The notes under the pieces were generated by a model. It saw only the letters and a program-made list of their open reading frames with translations, made no database searches and was not told the DNA's origin. From positions 19,902,001-19,966,000 of the forward strand of contig CM059449.1 in assembly GCA_030390025.1 (NCBI GenBank): a stretch of DNA of 64,000 bases. The letters run 5' to 3'. This DNA is from Squalus acanthias (taxonomy: Eukaryota). The position numbers and the translations under genes are program-made. Below are positions 1 to 12,000 of the stretch, one piece after another. How positions within the stretch are numbered: position 1 is the stretch's first letter; each line of letters opens with the position of its first letter.

Positions 1-132
1 GATAGCCAGCTGGTGAAGGATAGAACACTAGAGCCTAGTCTTCAGTCGCTTAAAAGCCTTTACTTACAGAGACACACATTAGATACTGTGCAGCCGCAAG
101 ATAAACTTCCCCAGGTCCCTAGCCTGCTCCCA

Positions 133-1850
133 TATATGATAAACACATGGGAGTATGATATTGTTGCTATTACAGAGACATGGTTGAGGGAGGGGCAGGA
201 CTGGCAGCTCAATATTCCGGGGTATAGAATCTTCAGACAAGACAGAGGGGGGTGTAAAAGAGGACGGGGTGTCGCAATATTAATCGAGGAGTCAATTACT
301 GCATAAGGAGGGATGATATCTTAGCAGGTTCCTCTAATGAGGCCATATGGGTAGAACTTAAAAACAAAAAGGGGGCAAGCACTTTGCTGGGAGTGTACTA
401 TAGGCCCCCAAACAGTCAGGGGGAGATAGAGGAACAGATATGTAGGCAAATCTCAGAGAAGTGTGGTAATAATAGTAGGGGATTTCAACTTCCCCAATAT
501 TAACTGGGACAGTCAGAGTGTGAAAGGCTTAGAGGGTGCAGAATTCTTAAAGTGCATCCAGGAGAGCTTTTTGAGCCAGCATGTAGAAAGTCCTACAAGA
601 GAGGGGGCGGTACTAGACCTAATTCGAGGGAATGTAGCCGGGCAAGTGGTAGAAGTGTCAGTAGGAGAGCATTTTGGTGACAGTGACCATAATTTTAGTG
701 AGATTTAAGGTAGTCATGGAAAAGGACAAAGATGGACCGGAAATAAAGGTTCTAAATTGGGGGAAGGCCGATTTTAATATGATAAGGCAGGATCTGGCCA
801 AAGTGGACTTGGGATCAGCTACTTGTAGGAAAATCCACATCAGAGCAGTGGGAGTCTTTCAAAAAGGAAATAGAGAGAGTACAACGCCAACATGTTCCCG
901 GAAAGGTCAAGGGTGGGACCAACAAGCCCAGGGAACCCTGGATGTCAAGGGATATACAAGAATGGATTAGGAAAAAAAGGGAGGCTTTTGGCAGGTACAA
1001 AGGACTAAAAACAGTGGAAGCCCTAGAGGAGTATAGAAAGTGCAGGGGGGTACTTAAAAAAGAAATTAGGAGAGCGAAGAGGGGGCATGAAAAAACACTG
1101 GTGGGCAAAATAAAGGAAAATCCCAAGGTGTTTTATAAGTATATTAAGGGCAAGAGGATAACCAGGGAAAGAGTAGGGCCCATTAGGGACCAAAGTGGCA
1201 ATCTGTGTGTAGAGCCAGAAGATGTACGTGAGGTTTTAAATGAATATTTTGCATCTGCGTTCACTATGGAGAAGGATGATGTCGGCATAGAAATCAGGCA
1301 GGGGGATTGTGATATACTTGAACAAATTAGTATTGAGAGGGAGGAGGTACTAGCGGTTTTAGCGGGCTTAAAATTGGATAAATCCCCAGGCCCTGACGGG
1401 ATGTATCCCAGGCTGCTGTGTGAGGCAAGGGAGGAGATTGCAGGGGTTCTGACACAAATTTTCAGAACGTCTCTGGCCACAGGGGCGGTGCCAGAGGACT
1501 GGAGGACAGCTAACGTAGTACCATTATTCAAGAAGGGTAGTAGGGATAAACCAGGGAATTACAGGCCAGTAAGCCTAACATCAGTGGTAGGGAAATTATT
1601 GGAAAAAATTCTGAGGGACAGAATTAGTCTCCACTTCGAGAGGCATGGATTAATCAAGGATAGTCAGCATGGCTTTGTCAGGGGGAGATCATGTCTGACC
1701 AATTTGATTGAATTTTTTGAGGGGGTGACTATGTGCGTGGATGAGGGTAGTGCAGTTGATGTAGTCTACATGGACTTCAGTAAGGCTTTTGACAAAGTCT
1801 TGCATGGGAGACTGGTCAAGAAGGTAAGAGCCCATGGGATCCAGGGCAAT
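133..1850 (+). mobile_element. CR1/HER1-type LINE, subfamily A copy 1, 5' part (APE endonuclease to RT N-half; degraded)
   Basis: YDIVAITETWL, GDFN, SDH and KSPGPDG..NYRPVSLTS motifs with stops and frameshifts. Interrupted at 1850 by a younger CR1. Confidence 0.95.
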
Positions 1851-2456
1851 GTCGGGGGGGATGACTCATCGGGGGAAGGCACCAGCAGCCAGGCTCATGG
1901 CACCATGACTGGCTCTGTTGCAAAGAAGGGAGGGAAAAAGAGTGGCAGGGCTATAGTAATAGGGGATTCGATTGTAAGGGGAATAGATAGGGGTTTCTGT
2001 GGTCGCGACCGAGACTCCAGGATGGTATGTTGCCTCCCTGGTGCAAGGGTCAAGGATGTCTCGGCGCGGGTGCAGAACATTCTGGAGGGGGAGGGGGAAC
2101 AGCCAGTTGTCGTGATACATGTTGGTACCAACGACGTAGCTAAAAAAAGGGAAGAGGTCCTACAAGTAGAATTTAGGGAGTTAGGAGCCAAGCTAAAAAG
2201 TAGGACCTCGAAGGTAGTAATCTCTGGATTACTACCAGTGCCACGTGCTAGTAAGAGTACAGAGAACAGGATAGTTAGGCTAAATACGTGGCTTGAGCAG
2301 TGGTGTAAGAGGGAGGGTTTTAAATTTTTGAGGCATTGGAACCAGTTTTGTGGTAGGTGTGACCTATACAAAAGGGACGGTCTACACCTGTGCAAAGATG
2401 GAACTGATGTTCTCGGGGTAATTTTTGATAAAGCAGTTCGGGAGCATTTAAACTAG
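1851..2456 (+). CDS. CR1 ORF1 C-terminal SGNH/GDSL-type esterase domain (5'-truncated)
   Basis: VIGDS, CLPGA, HVGTND and DGLHL blocks; ends REHLN*. Confidence 0.9.
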   Translation, partial: VGGDDSSGEGTSSQAHGTMTGSVAKKGGKKSGRAIVIGDSIVRGIDRGFCGRDRDSRMVCCLPGARVKDVSARVQNILEGEGEQPVVVIHVGTNDVAKKREEVLQVEFRELGAKLKSRTSKVVISGLLPVPRASKSTENRIVRLNTWLEQWCKREGFKFLRHWNQFCGRCDLYKRDGLHLCKDGTDVLGVIFDKAVREHLN

Positions 2457-5395
2457 TATGGCAGGGGGCTAGAAACCTATGTAGTGAAATAGAGGAAAGT
2501 GAAAGGCAGACAGAAATAAATGGTAAAAGGGTGAGGAACAAAAAACAAAGGGCCAAACCAATTCATAAAAAATGTGAGCATAAAAAAAGCCTGAGGGTTT
2601 TATACCTTAATGCGAGAAGCATCAGGAACAAGGTAGATGAATTAGCTGTGGAAATAGAGGTTAATAATTATGATCTAATTGGGATTACGGAAACATGGTT
2701 GCAGGGTGAGCAGGGCTGGGAGCTTAACATACAGGGGTATTCAGTATTTAGGAAGGATCGACAAAAAAGAAAGGGAGGAGGGGTAGCATTGCTGGTAAAA
2801 GGGATAAATGCAATTGAAAGGAAGGATATTAACTCAGTTAATACAGAATCTATATGGGTGGAGCTAAGAAATAGCGAGGGGCGAAAAACATTAATAGGAG
2901 TGGTATATAGGCCTCCAAATAGTAAAATAGAGGTTGGGGAGGGCATCACGAGGGAAATTAGAGAAGCGTGCAATAAGAGCACAGCTGTCATCATAGGTGA
3001 CTTTAACTTACATATAGATTGGAATAGCCTAATCAGTAAAAATAATGAGGAGGAGGAATTCCTTGAGTGTTTAAGGGATGGTTATCTGGATCAATATGTC
3101 GAGGAACCAACTCGGGAACAGGCTATATTGGACTGGGTACTGTGCAATGAGAAGGGACTAATTAGTAATCTTGTTGTACGGGGACCCTTGGGTCAGAGCG
3201 ATCATAACATGATCGATTTCTCACTCGAAATGGAGAGCGAAGAAATTGACTCAGATACTAAGGTCCTGAATTTAAACAAGGGGAATTATGATGCCATTAG
3301 ACGGGAACTGAGTAGGTCTGATTGGACAACGTTCCTGGGAGGACTGGAGGTAGATAAACAATGGCAAGCATTTAAAGATAGAATGACAAAATTGCAAAAA
3401 TTGTTTATACCAATCTGGCATAAAAGGAAATCTAAAAAGGTGACTCAACCGTGGATAACAGGGGAAATTAGAGACAGCATAAAATCCAAAGATAGGGCGT
3501 ATAAAATAGCCAAAAAAAGCGCCAGAGCGGAAGATTGGGAACAGTTTAAGATAGAGCAAAGGAGGACAAAGGGCTTAATCAAGAGGGGCAAAATAGCTTA
3601 CGAAAGCAAGCTGGCGGAAAATATAAAAACTAACTCCAAAAGCTTTTATAAGTATATCAAGAGGAAAAGACTGGTGAAAACCAAAGTTGGCCCATTGCAG
3701 TCAGATACGGGGGAATATATAACGGGAAATAAGGAAATGGCAGACCAACTAAATGCATACTTTGGGTCAGTCTTTACGAAGGAAGACACAAAAAACCTCC
3801 CTGGGATATCGGGAAAAATAGGGACATTTGCAAAGGAGGAACTGACGCAAGTCAATATCTCTAAGGATATGGTGTTAAGGAAGCTAAAGGGATTGAAGGC
3901 GGACAAATCCCCAGGGCCTGATAACATGCATCCTAGGGTGCTGAAGGAGGTGGCCCTAGAGATAGCGGATGCACTAAGTATGATTTTTCAGAATTCATTA
4001 GACTCGGGAACAGTGCCCATGGATTGGAGGGTAGCTAACGTTACCCCACTATTCAAAAAGGGGGGTAGGGAAAAAGCAGGTAATTACAGACCTGTAAGCC
4101 TTACATCAGTTGTGGGCAAAATGCTGGAGTCCATCATTAAGGATGAAATAGCGGAGCACTTAGCAAATGGGGACAGGATAGGACAGAGTCAACATGGATT
4201 TACAAAGGGTAAATCGTGCTTGACTAATCTATTGGAATTTTTTGAGGGAGTAACTGGTAAAATAGATGGGGGAGAGCCAGTAGATGTGGTGTACCTGGAC
4301 TTCCAAAAGGCCTTCGATAAGGTCCCACATAAAAGATTAGCAGGGAAAATTGAAGCTCATGGGATAAAGGGGAAAGTATTGACGTGGATAGAGAACTGGC
4401 TGTCAGATAGAAAACAGAGAGTTGGAATAAACGGCTCATTTTCTGAATGGCAGGCAGTAACAAGTGGGGTACCACAGGGATCTGTCCTGGGTCCCCAGCT
4501 GTTCACAATTTACATTAATGACCTGGATCAGGGAGTCGGATGCAGCATTTCCAAATTTGCAGACGACACTAAACTAGGAGGGGGGGTGGGCTCAGAGGAG
4601 GAGACCAGGAAGCTCCAGAGCGATTTGGACAGACTGGGTGATTGGGCGGATAAATGGCAGATGCACTATAATGTGGACAAGTGCGAAGTTATCCACCTTG
4701 GGTGCAGGAACGGGAGGGCAAATTATTATTTAAATGGCAATAAATTGGGAGAGGGGGAAGTACAGAGAGACCTGGGTGTTCTTGTACACCAGTCACTGAA
4801 GGCGAGCATGCAGGTGCAACAGGCGATCAAGAAGGCAAACGGTATGCTGGCCTTCATAGCAAAAGGGTTGGAATACAGGAACAGGGATACCTTGCTGCAG
4901 CTGTACAGGGCACTGGTGAGACCACACCTCGAGTACTGTGTACAGTTTTGGTCGCCTCATCTGAGGAAAGATGTTCTTGCCATGGAGGGGGTGCAGCGGC
5001 GATTCACCAGGCTGATACCAGGAATGGCGGGATTGACCTATGAGGAGAGACTATGTAGTTTAGGGATGTACACACTGGAGTTTAGAAGATTGAGAGGGGA
5101 CCTCATAGAAGTGTATAAAATTCTGACAGGTCTAGACAGACTAGATGCAGAAGGGATGTTTCCCTTGGCGGGTGAGAACAGAACTAGAGGACATAATTTA
5201 AGGATAAGGGCTAAACCATTTAGGACAGAAATGAGGGGGAATTTCTTCACTCAGAGGGTGGTGAACCTGTGGAACTCATTGCCACAGAGGGCAGTGTACG
5301 CCAGCTCATTAAATATATTTAAGAGGGAATTAGATATATTTCTACAGGCAAAAGGGGTTAAGGGTTACGGAGAGAAGGCGGGGACGGGATACTGA
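2447..5395 (+). CDS. CR1 ORF2, APE endonuclease plus reverse transcriptase, uninterrupted
   Basis: Stop-free frame from 2447 (the ORF track starts at GTG 2531). YLNARS, ETWL, GDFN, SDH, QGSVLGP and FADD motifs. First in-frame ATG is at 3209. Confidence 0.95.
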   Translation, partial: FKLVWQGARNLCSEIEESERQTEINGKRVRNKKQRAKPIHKKCEHKKSLRVLYLNARSIRNKVDELAVEIEVNNYDLIGITETWLQGEQGWELNIQGYSVFRKDRQKRKGGGVALLVKGINAIERKDINSVNTESIWVELRNSEGRKTLIGVVYRPPNSKIEVGEGITREIREACNKSTAVIIGDFNLHIDWNSLISKNNEEEEFLECLRDGYLDQYVEEPTREQAILDWVLCNEKGLISNLVVRGPLGQSDHNMIDFSLEMESEEIDSDTKVLNLNKGNYDAIRRELSRSDWTTFLGGLEVDKQWQAFKDRMTKLQKLFIPIWHKRKSKKVTQPWITGEIRDSIKSKDRAYKIAKKSARAEDWEQFKIEQRRTKGLIKRGKIAYESKLAENIKTNSKSFYKYIKRKRLVKTKVGPLQSDTGEYITGNKEMADQLNAYFGSVFTKEDTKNLPGISGKIGTFAKEELTQVNISKDMVLRKLKGLKADKSPGPDNMHPRVLKEVALEIADALSMIFQNSLDSGTVPMDWRVANVTPLFKKGGREKAGNYRPVSLTSVVGKMLESIIKDEIAEHLANGDRIGQSQHGFTKGKSCLTNLLEFFEGVTGKIDGGEPVDVVYLDFQKAFDKVPHKRLAGKIEAHGIKGKVLTWIENWLSDRKQRVGINGSFSEWQAVTSGVPQGSVLGPQLFTIYINDLDQGVGCSISKFADDTKLGGGVGSEEETRKLQSDLDRLGDWADKWQMHYNVDKCEVIHLGCRNGRANYYLNGNKLGEGEVQRDLGVLVHQSLKASMQVQQAIKKANGMLAFIAKGLEYRNRDTLLQLYRALVRPHLEYCVQFWSPHLRKDVLAMEGVQRRFTRLIPGMAGLTYEERLCSLGMYTLEFRRLRGDLIEVYKILTGLDRLDAEGMFPLAGENRTRGHNLRIRAKPFRTEMRGNFFTQRVVNLWNSLPQRAVYASSLNIFKRELDIFLQAKGVKGYGEKAGTGY

Positions 5396-5487
5396 ATTGG
5401 AGGATCAGCCATGATCTCATTAAATGGCGGAGCAGGCTCGAAGGGCCGGATGGCCTACTCCTGCTCCTATCTTCTATGTATCTATGT

Positions 5488-6585
5488 AATTTGACACATT
5501 GGATCCAAAATTGGCTTAGTGGCAGGAGGCAGAGGGTGATGGTCGAAGGTTGTTTTTGTGACTGGAAGCCTGTGTCCAGTAGTGTACCGCAGGGATCGGT
5601 GCTGGGTCTTTTGCTGTTTGTAGTGTACATTAATGATTTAGATATGAATGTAGGAGGTATGATCAATAAGTTCGCAGATGACACGAAAATTGGTGGAGTG
5701 GTAAATAGCGAGGAGGGAAGCCTCAGGCTACAGGATGATATAGACGGGTTGGCTAGATGGGCAGAACAGTGGCAAATGGAATTTAACCCTGAAAAGTGTG
5801 AGGTGATGCATTTTGGGAGGACTAACAAGGCAAGGGAATACACAATGAATGGTAGGACCCTAGGAAGGACAGAGGATCAGAGGGACCTTGGTGTGCATGT
5901 ACATAGATCTCTGAAGGCAGCAGGACAGGTAGATAAGGTGGTTAAAAAGGCATATGGGATACTTGCCTTCATTAGCCGAGGCATAGAATATAAGAGCAGG
6001 GAGGTTATGATGGAGCTGTACAAAACGCTAGTTAGGCCACAGCTGGAATACTGTGTGCAGTTCTGGTCGCCACACTATAGGAAGGATGTGATTGCATTGG
6101 AGAGGGTGCAGAGGAGATTCACCAGGATGTTACCTGGGCTGGAGCGCTTCAACTATGAAGAGAGACTGGACAGGCTGGGGTTGTTTTCCTTAGAGCAGAG
6201 AAGGCTGAGGGGTGGACCTAATTGAGGTGTACAAAATTATGAGGGGCATAGATAGGGTAGATAGAAAGGAACGTTTCCCCTTAGTAGAGGGGTCAATAAC
6301 CAGGGGGCATAGATTCAAGGTAAGGGGCAGGAGGTTTAGAGGGGATTTGAGGAAAAACTTTTTCACCCAGAGGGTGGTTGGAATCTGGAACTCACTGCCT
6401 GAAAGGGTGGTAGAGACAGGATCCCTCACAACATTCAAGAAGCATTTAGATGAGCACTTGAAACGCCATAGCATACAAGGCTACGGACCAAGTGCTGGAA
6501 AATGGGATTAGAATAGACAGGGCTTGATGGCCGGCGCGGACACGATGGGCTGAAGGGCCTCTTTCTGTGCTGTATGACTCTATAT
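5488..6585 (+). mobile_element. CR1 subfamily A copy 1, 3' part (RT C-half, 3' UTR, tail)
   Basis: Continues the host RT exactly where 1850 stops (GIQGN|LTHWIQNWL); ends GPSAGKWD*; GACTCTAT tail. Confidence 0.95.
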
Positions 6586-6606
6586 ATGAGCACAAGAGAG
6601 TCCCCA

Positions 6607-6765
6607 ATTAGAAACATAGAAAAATAGGAGCAGGAGTAGGCCATTCGGCCCTTCGAGCCTGCTCCGCCATTCAATATGATCATGGCTGATCCTCTATCTC
6701 AATACCCCTTAACGCACTTTGCGTCTAGAAATCTATCTATCTCCTTCTTAAATATATTCTTAAAT
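6607..6765 (-). mobile_element. CR1 3' tail fragment
   Basis: Reverse complement of GGAGCAGGCTCGAAGGGCCGAATGGCCTACTCCTGCTCC plus (TTCTATGT)n. Confidence 0.85.
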
Positions 6766-6817
6766 TAATACCCACCCCCTGAATACATTTAACACCCCCA
6801 CCTGTTCAGGATTTAAA

Positions 6818-7423
6818 GGTTGCTAATTTTCAACTGGCGCACTCATTGGGTGGGCCGAGCATGTGTGCTGTGCCCGCTGAGGCGAAAGGCCCAAACCATT
6901 GTCACGATTGGGGCTTTGTCTAAATATTTCGGGTGAGTTGCCAGGGTTTGGCGAGGGCACACAGGCAGCTTGCCACCGGAGCCGAAAAGTCTGATGTCTC
7001 CTCCATCGAGCCGAACCAAATGTTAAGCGGTGAGGGGGGGCCACATAAGCAAAACAAAAAAAGAAAACCACTGTTTTTAAAAAAAAATAAAAAAAATTTT
7101 GGGGGATGTTTTTTGAGTGGCCTCCAGCGGTCCCTTTAAGGAGAGCTGGTTAGGCAGCTCAACGCCTGGTACCAATGGGTGGAGTGTGTGTTTGTGATGC
7201 ACTCTGCGATTGGCACAAGAAAATGGCATCGGGTTCCTACAATTGGCATAAGACCCTGATTTTAATATTTTAATAAGACGCTCGCTGTGTCAGGATCGCC
7301 AGCCGCCATTGCTAGGCCCGCCTGAAAAAATTCACCTCGGGCGGGTCTTGGGCGGTCATTTTTTTATCCAGCTTAAACTGTGTGTGGGGTGGGAGGGGGG
7401 TTGGCAGTTGAAAATCTTGCCCC
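6818..7423. mobile_element. Probable non-autonomous DNA transposon (MITE)
   Basis: Imperfect terminal inverted repeats ..ATTTTCAACTG / CAGTTGAAAAT..; GC-rich non-coding interior. Confidence 0.45.
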
Positions 7424-7827
7424 CCCACCCCCAAAAGAGTTTGAAATAGTTTTGTGTAAACATGTTTAGTGAAAACATTTTTCTTCGAACTAACTAAATT
7501 TCCAATGCAGTCACGTCTCTGAAGGGAATTGGAGCATTTCACTGACACTCAGACTCGAGACATCAAATGGCTAGGAGATGCAGAAGTGAAGTTTGCAGAT
7601 TATTATCTGGGCTGAAGTTACTAACTACGTGTGACAGATGACCACAATTACACAGCAGTACGTGGGTCTCAGTAGTTAAGCAGGATCTCTGTCAGCGTTC
7701 TCCTGGTTTATCTGCTTCAGCACTGCACGCTTCAACTTCCCCCCCAACCGCCCCCCCCCCCCCCCCCCCCCCGCTCTCTGTGGGCAGGAACTGCTTAGTT
7801 CTCACACTATCGAGTTTCTTCTTTTAC

Positions 7828-8242
7828 GTGTCAGTCGTGGCTCGTTGGGTAGCACTCTCGCCTCTTGAGTCAGAAGGTCGTGGGTTCAAATCCCACTCTA
7901 GAGACTGGAGCACAAAAATCTAGGTTGTCGGAGGTGCGGTCTTTCAGATGACACGTTAAACCGAGGCCCCCGTCTGCCCCCTCAGGTGGGCGTAAAAGAT
8001 CCCATGGCCACTATTTCGAAGAGGAGCAGGGGAGTTCTCCCCGGTGTCCTAGCCGATCCCTCAACCATCATGGCTAACACAGATTATCTGGTCATTACTT
8101 CACTGCTGTTGGTGGGACCCAGCTGTTCACAAATTGACTGCTGCATTTGCTACATTACAACAGTGACTATATTTCAAAAAGTACTTAATTGTCTGTAAAG
8201 CGCTGTGGGACATCCTGAAGTCATGAAAGGCGCTGTATAAGT
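7828..8242 (+). mobile_element. tRNA-derived Deu-domain SINE (SacSINE1-like)
   Basis: A/B-box head (GTGGCTC..GG, GGTTCAAATCCC) and central GTAAAAGATCCCATGGCACTATTTCGAAGAGGAGCAGGGGAGTTCTCCCCGGTGTCC domain shared with other copies in the window. Confidence 0.85.
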
Positions 8243-8610
8243 ACATAAGAACATAAGAAATAAGAGCAGGAGTAGGCCATTTGGCCCTTCGAGCCTGCTC
8301 CGTCATTCAATAAGATCATGGCTGATCTTCTGTCTCATCTCCACTTTCCTGAACTATCCCTATATCCCTTGATTCCCTTAATATTCAAAAATCTATCAAT
8401 CTCTGTCTTGAATATATTCAACGACTGAGCCTCCACAGCCCTCTGGGATGGAGAATTCCAAAGATTCACCACCCTCTGAGTGAAGAAATTTCTCCTCATC
8501 TCAGTCCTAAATGGCCGACCCCTTATTCTGAGGCTGTGACCCCTGGTTCTAGACTCCCCAGCCAGGGGGAAACATTCTCCATGTCAAGCCCTGTAAGAAT
8601 TTTGTATGTA
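8243..8610 (-). mobile_element. CR1 3' fragment
   Basis: ORF2 C-terminus (NFFTQRVV), stem-loop and (TTCTTATG)n tail. Confidence 0.9.
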
Positions 8611-8711
8611 AAGGCAAGGTCTTTGTTATTTTCACTTCTCCTCTCCTGAAGGCGCGATGAGGTCTGATACTTCACCCTAGTGAGAACAGACAGTGAGTAC
8701 GGCAGGATATT

Positions 8712-8877
8712 CACAGAATCACAGAATCCCCACAGTGCAGATAGAGGCCATTTCGGCCCATCGAGCCTGCACCGACACATATCCCACCCTATCCCCGTAA
8801 CCCCACGTATATAATCCCCCTAACACTAAGGGTCAATTTATCATAGCCAAATCAACCTAACCCGCACATCTTTGGAC
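8712..8877 (-). mobile_element. HE1/V-SINE 3' part
   Basis: Near-identical to 23948-24112 and similar to 12920-13156; CR1-like tail (ATTCTGTG)n. Confidence 0.75.
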
Positions 8878-9049
8878 ACAGCTGAGCCCAACCTTGTCCA
8901 TCCCCCCAGTGTCCACTCCCTCACTTTCCAATAGGGCAGGGAGAGGGGCGGTCACTTGATACCGATCAGAAGCGGGAGCCTGAATTTTGATTATGGGTCT
9001 GTATTTCAGTGACAACTTTAGCTAAGAAGCCAGAGTTAGGCCCTCTTAA

Positions 9050-12000
9050 AAAAGCAGGACCTCAAAGGTTGTAATCTCTGGATTACTCCCGGTGCCACGT
9101 GCTAGTGAGTAGAGGAATAGGAGGATAGAGCAGATGAATGCGTGGCTAAAGAGTTGTTGCAGGAGGGAGGGCTTTAGTTTCCTGGATCACTGGGTCTGCT
9201 TCTGGGGAAGGCGGGACCTGTACAAGTTGGACGGGTTGCACCTGAACCGGAACAGGACCAACAGCCTTGCGGGGAGGTTTGCTAGTGCTGTTGCGGGGGC
9301 TTTAAACTAACTTGGCAGGGGAATGGGATACGGAGTGGAGCTATAGTAGGGGGTGATGCACAGCCAAATATAGAGGAAAAAACAAGTCAGCCTGGAAGGC
9401 AGAGCAAATATGTAACGGCACAAGTGAGTATGGCAAGGCTGGATGGCGTTTATTTTAATGCAAGGAGTCTTGCGAGTAAGGCAGATGAATTGAAGGTGTT
9501 GATGAACACATGGGAGTATGATATTGTTGCTATCGCAGAGACATGGTTGAGGGAGGGGCAGGACTGGCAGCTCAATATTCCGGGGTATAGAATCTTCAGC
9601 CGAGACAGAGGGGGGTGTAAAAGAGGAGGGGGTGTCGCAATATTAATGAAGGAGTGAATTACTGCTGTAAGGAGGGATGATATCTTAGCAGGTTCCTCTA
9701 ATGAGGCCATATGGGTAGAACTTAAAAACAAAAAGGGGGCAAGCACTTTGCTGGGAGTGTATTATAGGCCCCCAAACAGTCAGGGGGAGATAGAGGAACA
9801 GATATGTAGGCAAATCTCAGAGAAGTGTAGAAATAATAGGGTAATAATAGTAGGGGATTTCAACTTCCCAATATTAACTGGGATAGTCAGAGTGTGAAAG
9901 GCTTAGAGGGTGCAGAATTGTTAAAGTGCATCCAAGAGAGCTTTTTGAGCCAGCATGTGGAAAGTGCTACAAGAGAGGGGGCGGTACTGGACCTAATTCT
10001 AGGGAATGTAGCTGGGCAAGTGGTAGAAGTGTTAGTAGGAGAGCATTTTGGTGACAGTGACCATAATTCGGTGAGATTTAAGATAGTCATGGAAAAGGAC
10101 AAAGATGGACCGGAAATAAAGGTTCTAAATTGGGGGAAGGCCGATTTTAATATGATAAGGCAGGATCTGGCCAAAGTGGACTGGGATCAGCTACTTGTAG
10201 GAAAATCCACATCAGAGCAGTGGGAGTCTTTCAGAAAGGAAATAGAGAGAGTACAACGCCAACATGTTCCCGTAAAGGTCAAGGGTGGGACCAACAAGCC
10301 CAGGGAACCCTGGATGTCAAGGGATATACAAGAATGGATTAGGAAAAATATGGAGGCTTTTGGCAGATACAAAGGACTAAAAACGGTGGAAGCCCGAGAG
10401 GAGTATAGAAAGTGCAGGAGGGTACTTAAAAAAGAAATTAGGAGAGCGAAGAGGGGGCATGAAAAAACACTGGTGGGCAAAATAAAGGAAAATCCCATTG
10501 TGTTTTATAAGTATATTAAGGGCAAGAGGATAACCAGGGAAAGACTAGGGCCCATTAGGGCAATCTGTGTGTAGAGCCGGAAGATGTAGGTGAGGTTTTA
10601 AATGAATATTTTGCATCTGTGTTCACTAAGGAGAAGGATGATGTAGGCATGGAAATCAGGCAGGGGGAGTGTGATATACTTGAACAAATTAGTATTGAGA
10701 GGGAGGAGGTACTAGCGGTTTTAGCGGGCTTAAAAGTGGATAAATCCCCAGGCCTTGACGAGATGTATCCCAGGCTGTTGTGTGAGGCAAGGGAGGAGAT
10801 TGCAGGGGCTCTGACACAAATTTTCAGAACCTCTCTGGCCACGGGAGGTGCCAGAGGACTGGCGAACAGCTAACGTAGTACCATTATTCAAGAAGGGTAG
10901 TAGGGATAAACCAGGGAATTACAGGCCAGTGAGCCTAACATCAGTGGTAGGGAAATTATTGGAAAAAATTCTGAGGGACAGAATTAGTCTCCACTTGGAG
11001 AGGCAAGGATTAATCAAGGATAGTCAGCATAGCTTTGTCAGGGAGATCATGTCCAACCAATTTGATTGAATTTTTCGAGGGGGTGACTAGGTGTGTGGAT
11101 GAGGGTAGTGCAGTTGATGTAGTCTACATGGACTCCAGTAAGGCTTTTGACAAAGTCCCGCATGGGAGACTGGTCAAGAAGGTAAGAGCCCATGGGATCC
11201 AGTGCAATTTGGCACATTGGATCCAAAATTGGCTTTGTGGCAGGAGGCAGAGGGTGATGGTCGAAGGTTGTTTTTGTGACTGGAAGCCTGTGTCCAGTGG
11301 TGTACCGCAGGGATCGGTGCTGGGTCCTCTGCTGTTAGTAGTGTACATTAATGATTTAGATATGAATGTAGGAGGTATGATCAATAAGTTCGCAGATGAC
11401 ACGAAAATTGGTGGAGTGGGAAATAGCGAGGTGGGAAGCCTCAGGCTACAGGATGATATAGACGGGTTGGCTAGATGGGCAGAACAGTGGCAAATGGAAT
11501 TTAACCCTGAAAATTGTGAGGTGATGCATTTTGGGAGGACTAACAAGGCAAGGGAATACACAATGAATGGGAGGACCCTAGGAAGGACAGAGGATCAGAG
11601 GGATCTTGGTGTGCATGTACATAGATCCCTGAAGGCAGCAGGACAGGTAGATAAGGTGGTTAAAAAGGCATATAGGATACTTGCCTTCATTAGCCGAGGC
11701 ATCGAATATAAGAGCAGGGAGGTTATGATGGAGCTGTACAAAATGCTAGATAGGCCACAGCTGGAATACTGTGTGCAGTTCTGGTCGCCACACATGTGAT
11801 TGCATTGGAGAGGGTGCAGAGGAGATTCACCAGGATGTTACCTGGGCTGGAGCGCTTCAGCTATGAAGAGAGACTGGACAGGCTGGGGTTGTTTTCCTTA
11901 GAGCAGAGAAGGCTGAGGGGGGACCTGATTGAGGTGTACAAAATTATGAGGGGCATAGATAGGGTAGATAGAAAGGAACTTTTCCCCTTTGTAGAGGGGT

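Larger units (their letters stand above)
1851..5487 (+). mobile_element. Young CR1 LINE, 5'-truncated inside ORF1, nested in subfamily A copy 1
   Basis: ORF1 esterase end, intact ORF2, 3' stem-loop and (CTATGTAT)n tail. Host sequence resumes at 5488 with AAT duplicated (1848-1850 / 5488-5490). Confidence 0.95.

Noticed and set aside
7828-7900. tRNA genes at SINE heads
   Set aside because: A/B boxes continue into SINE bodies; no complete cloverleaf.
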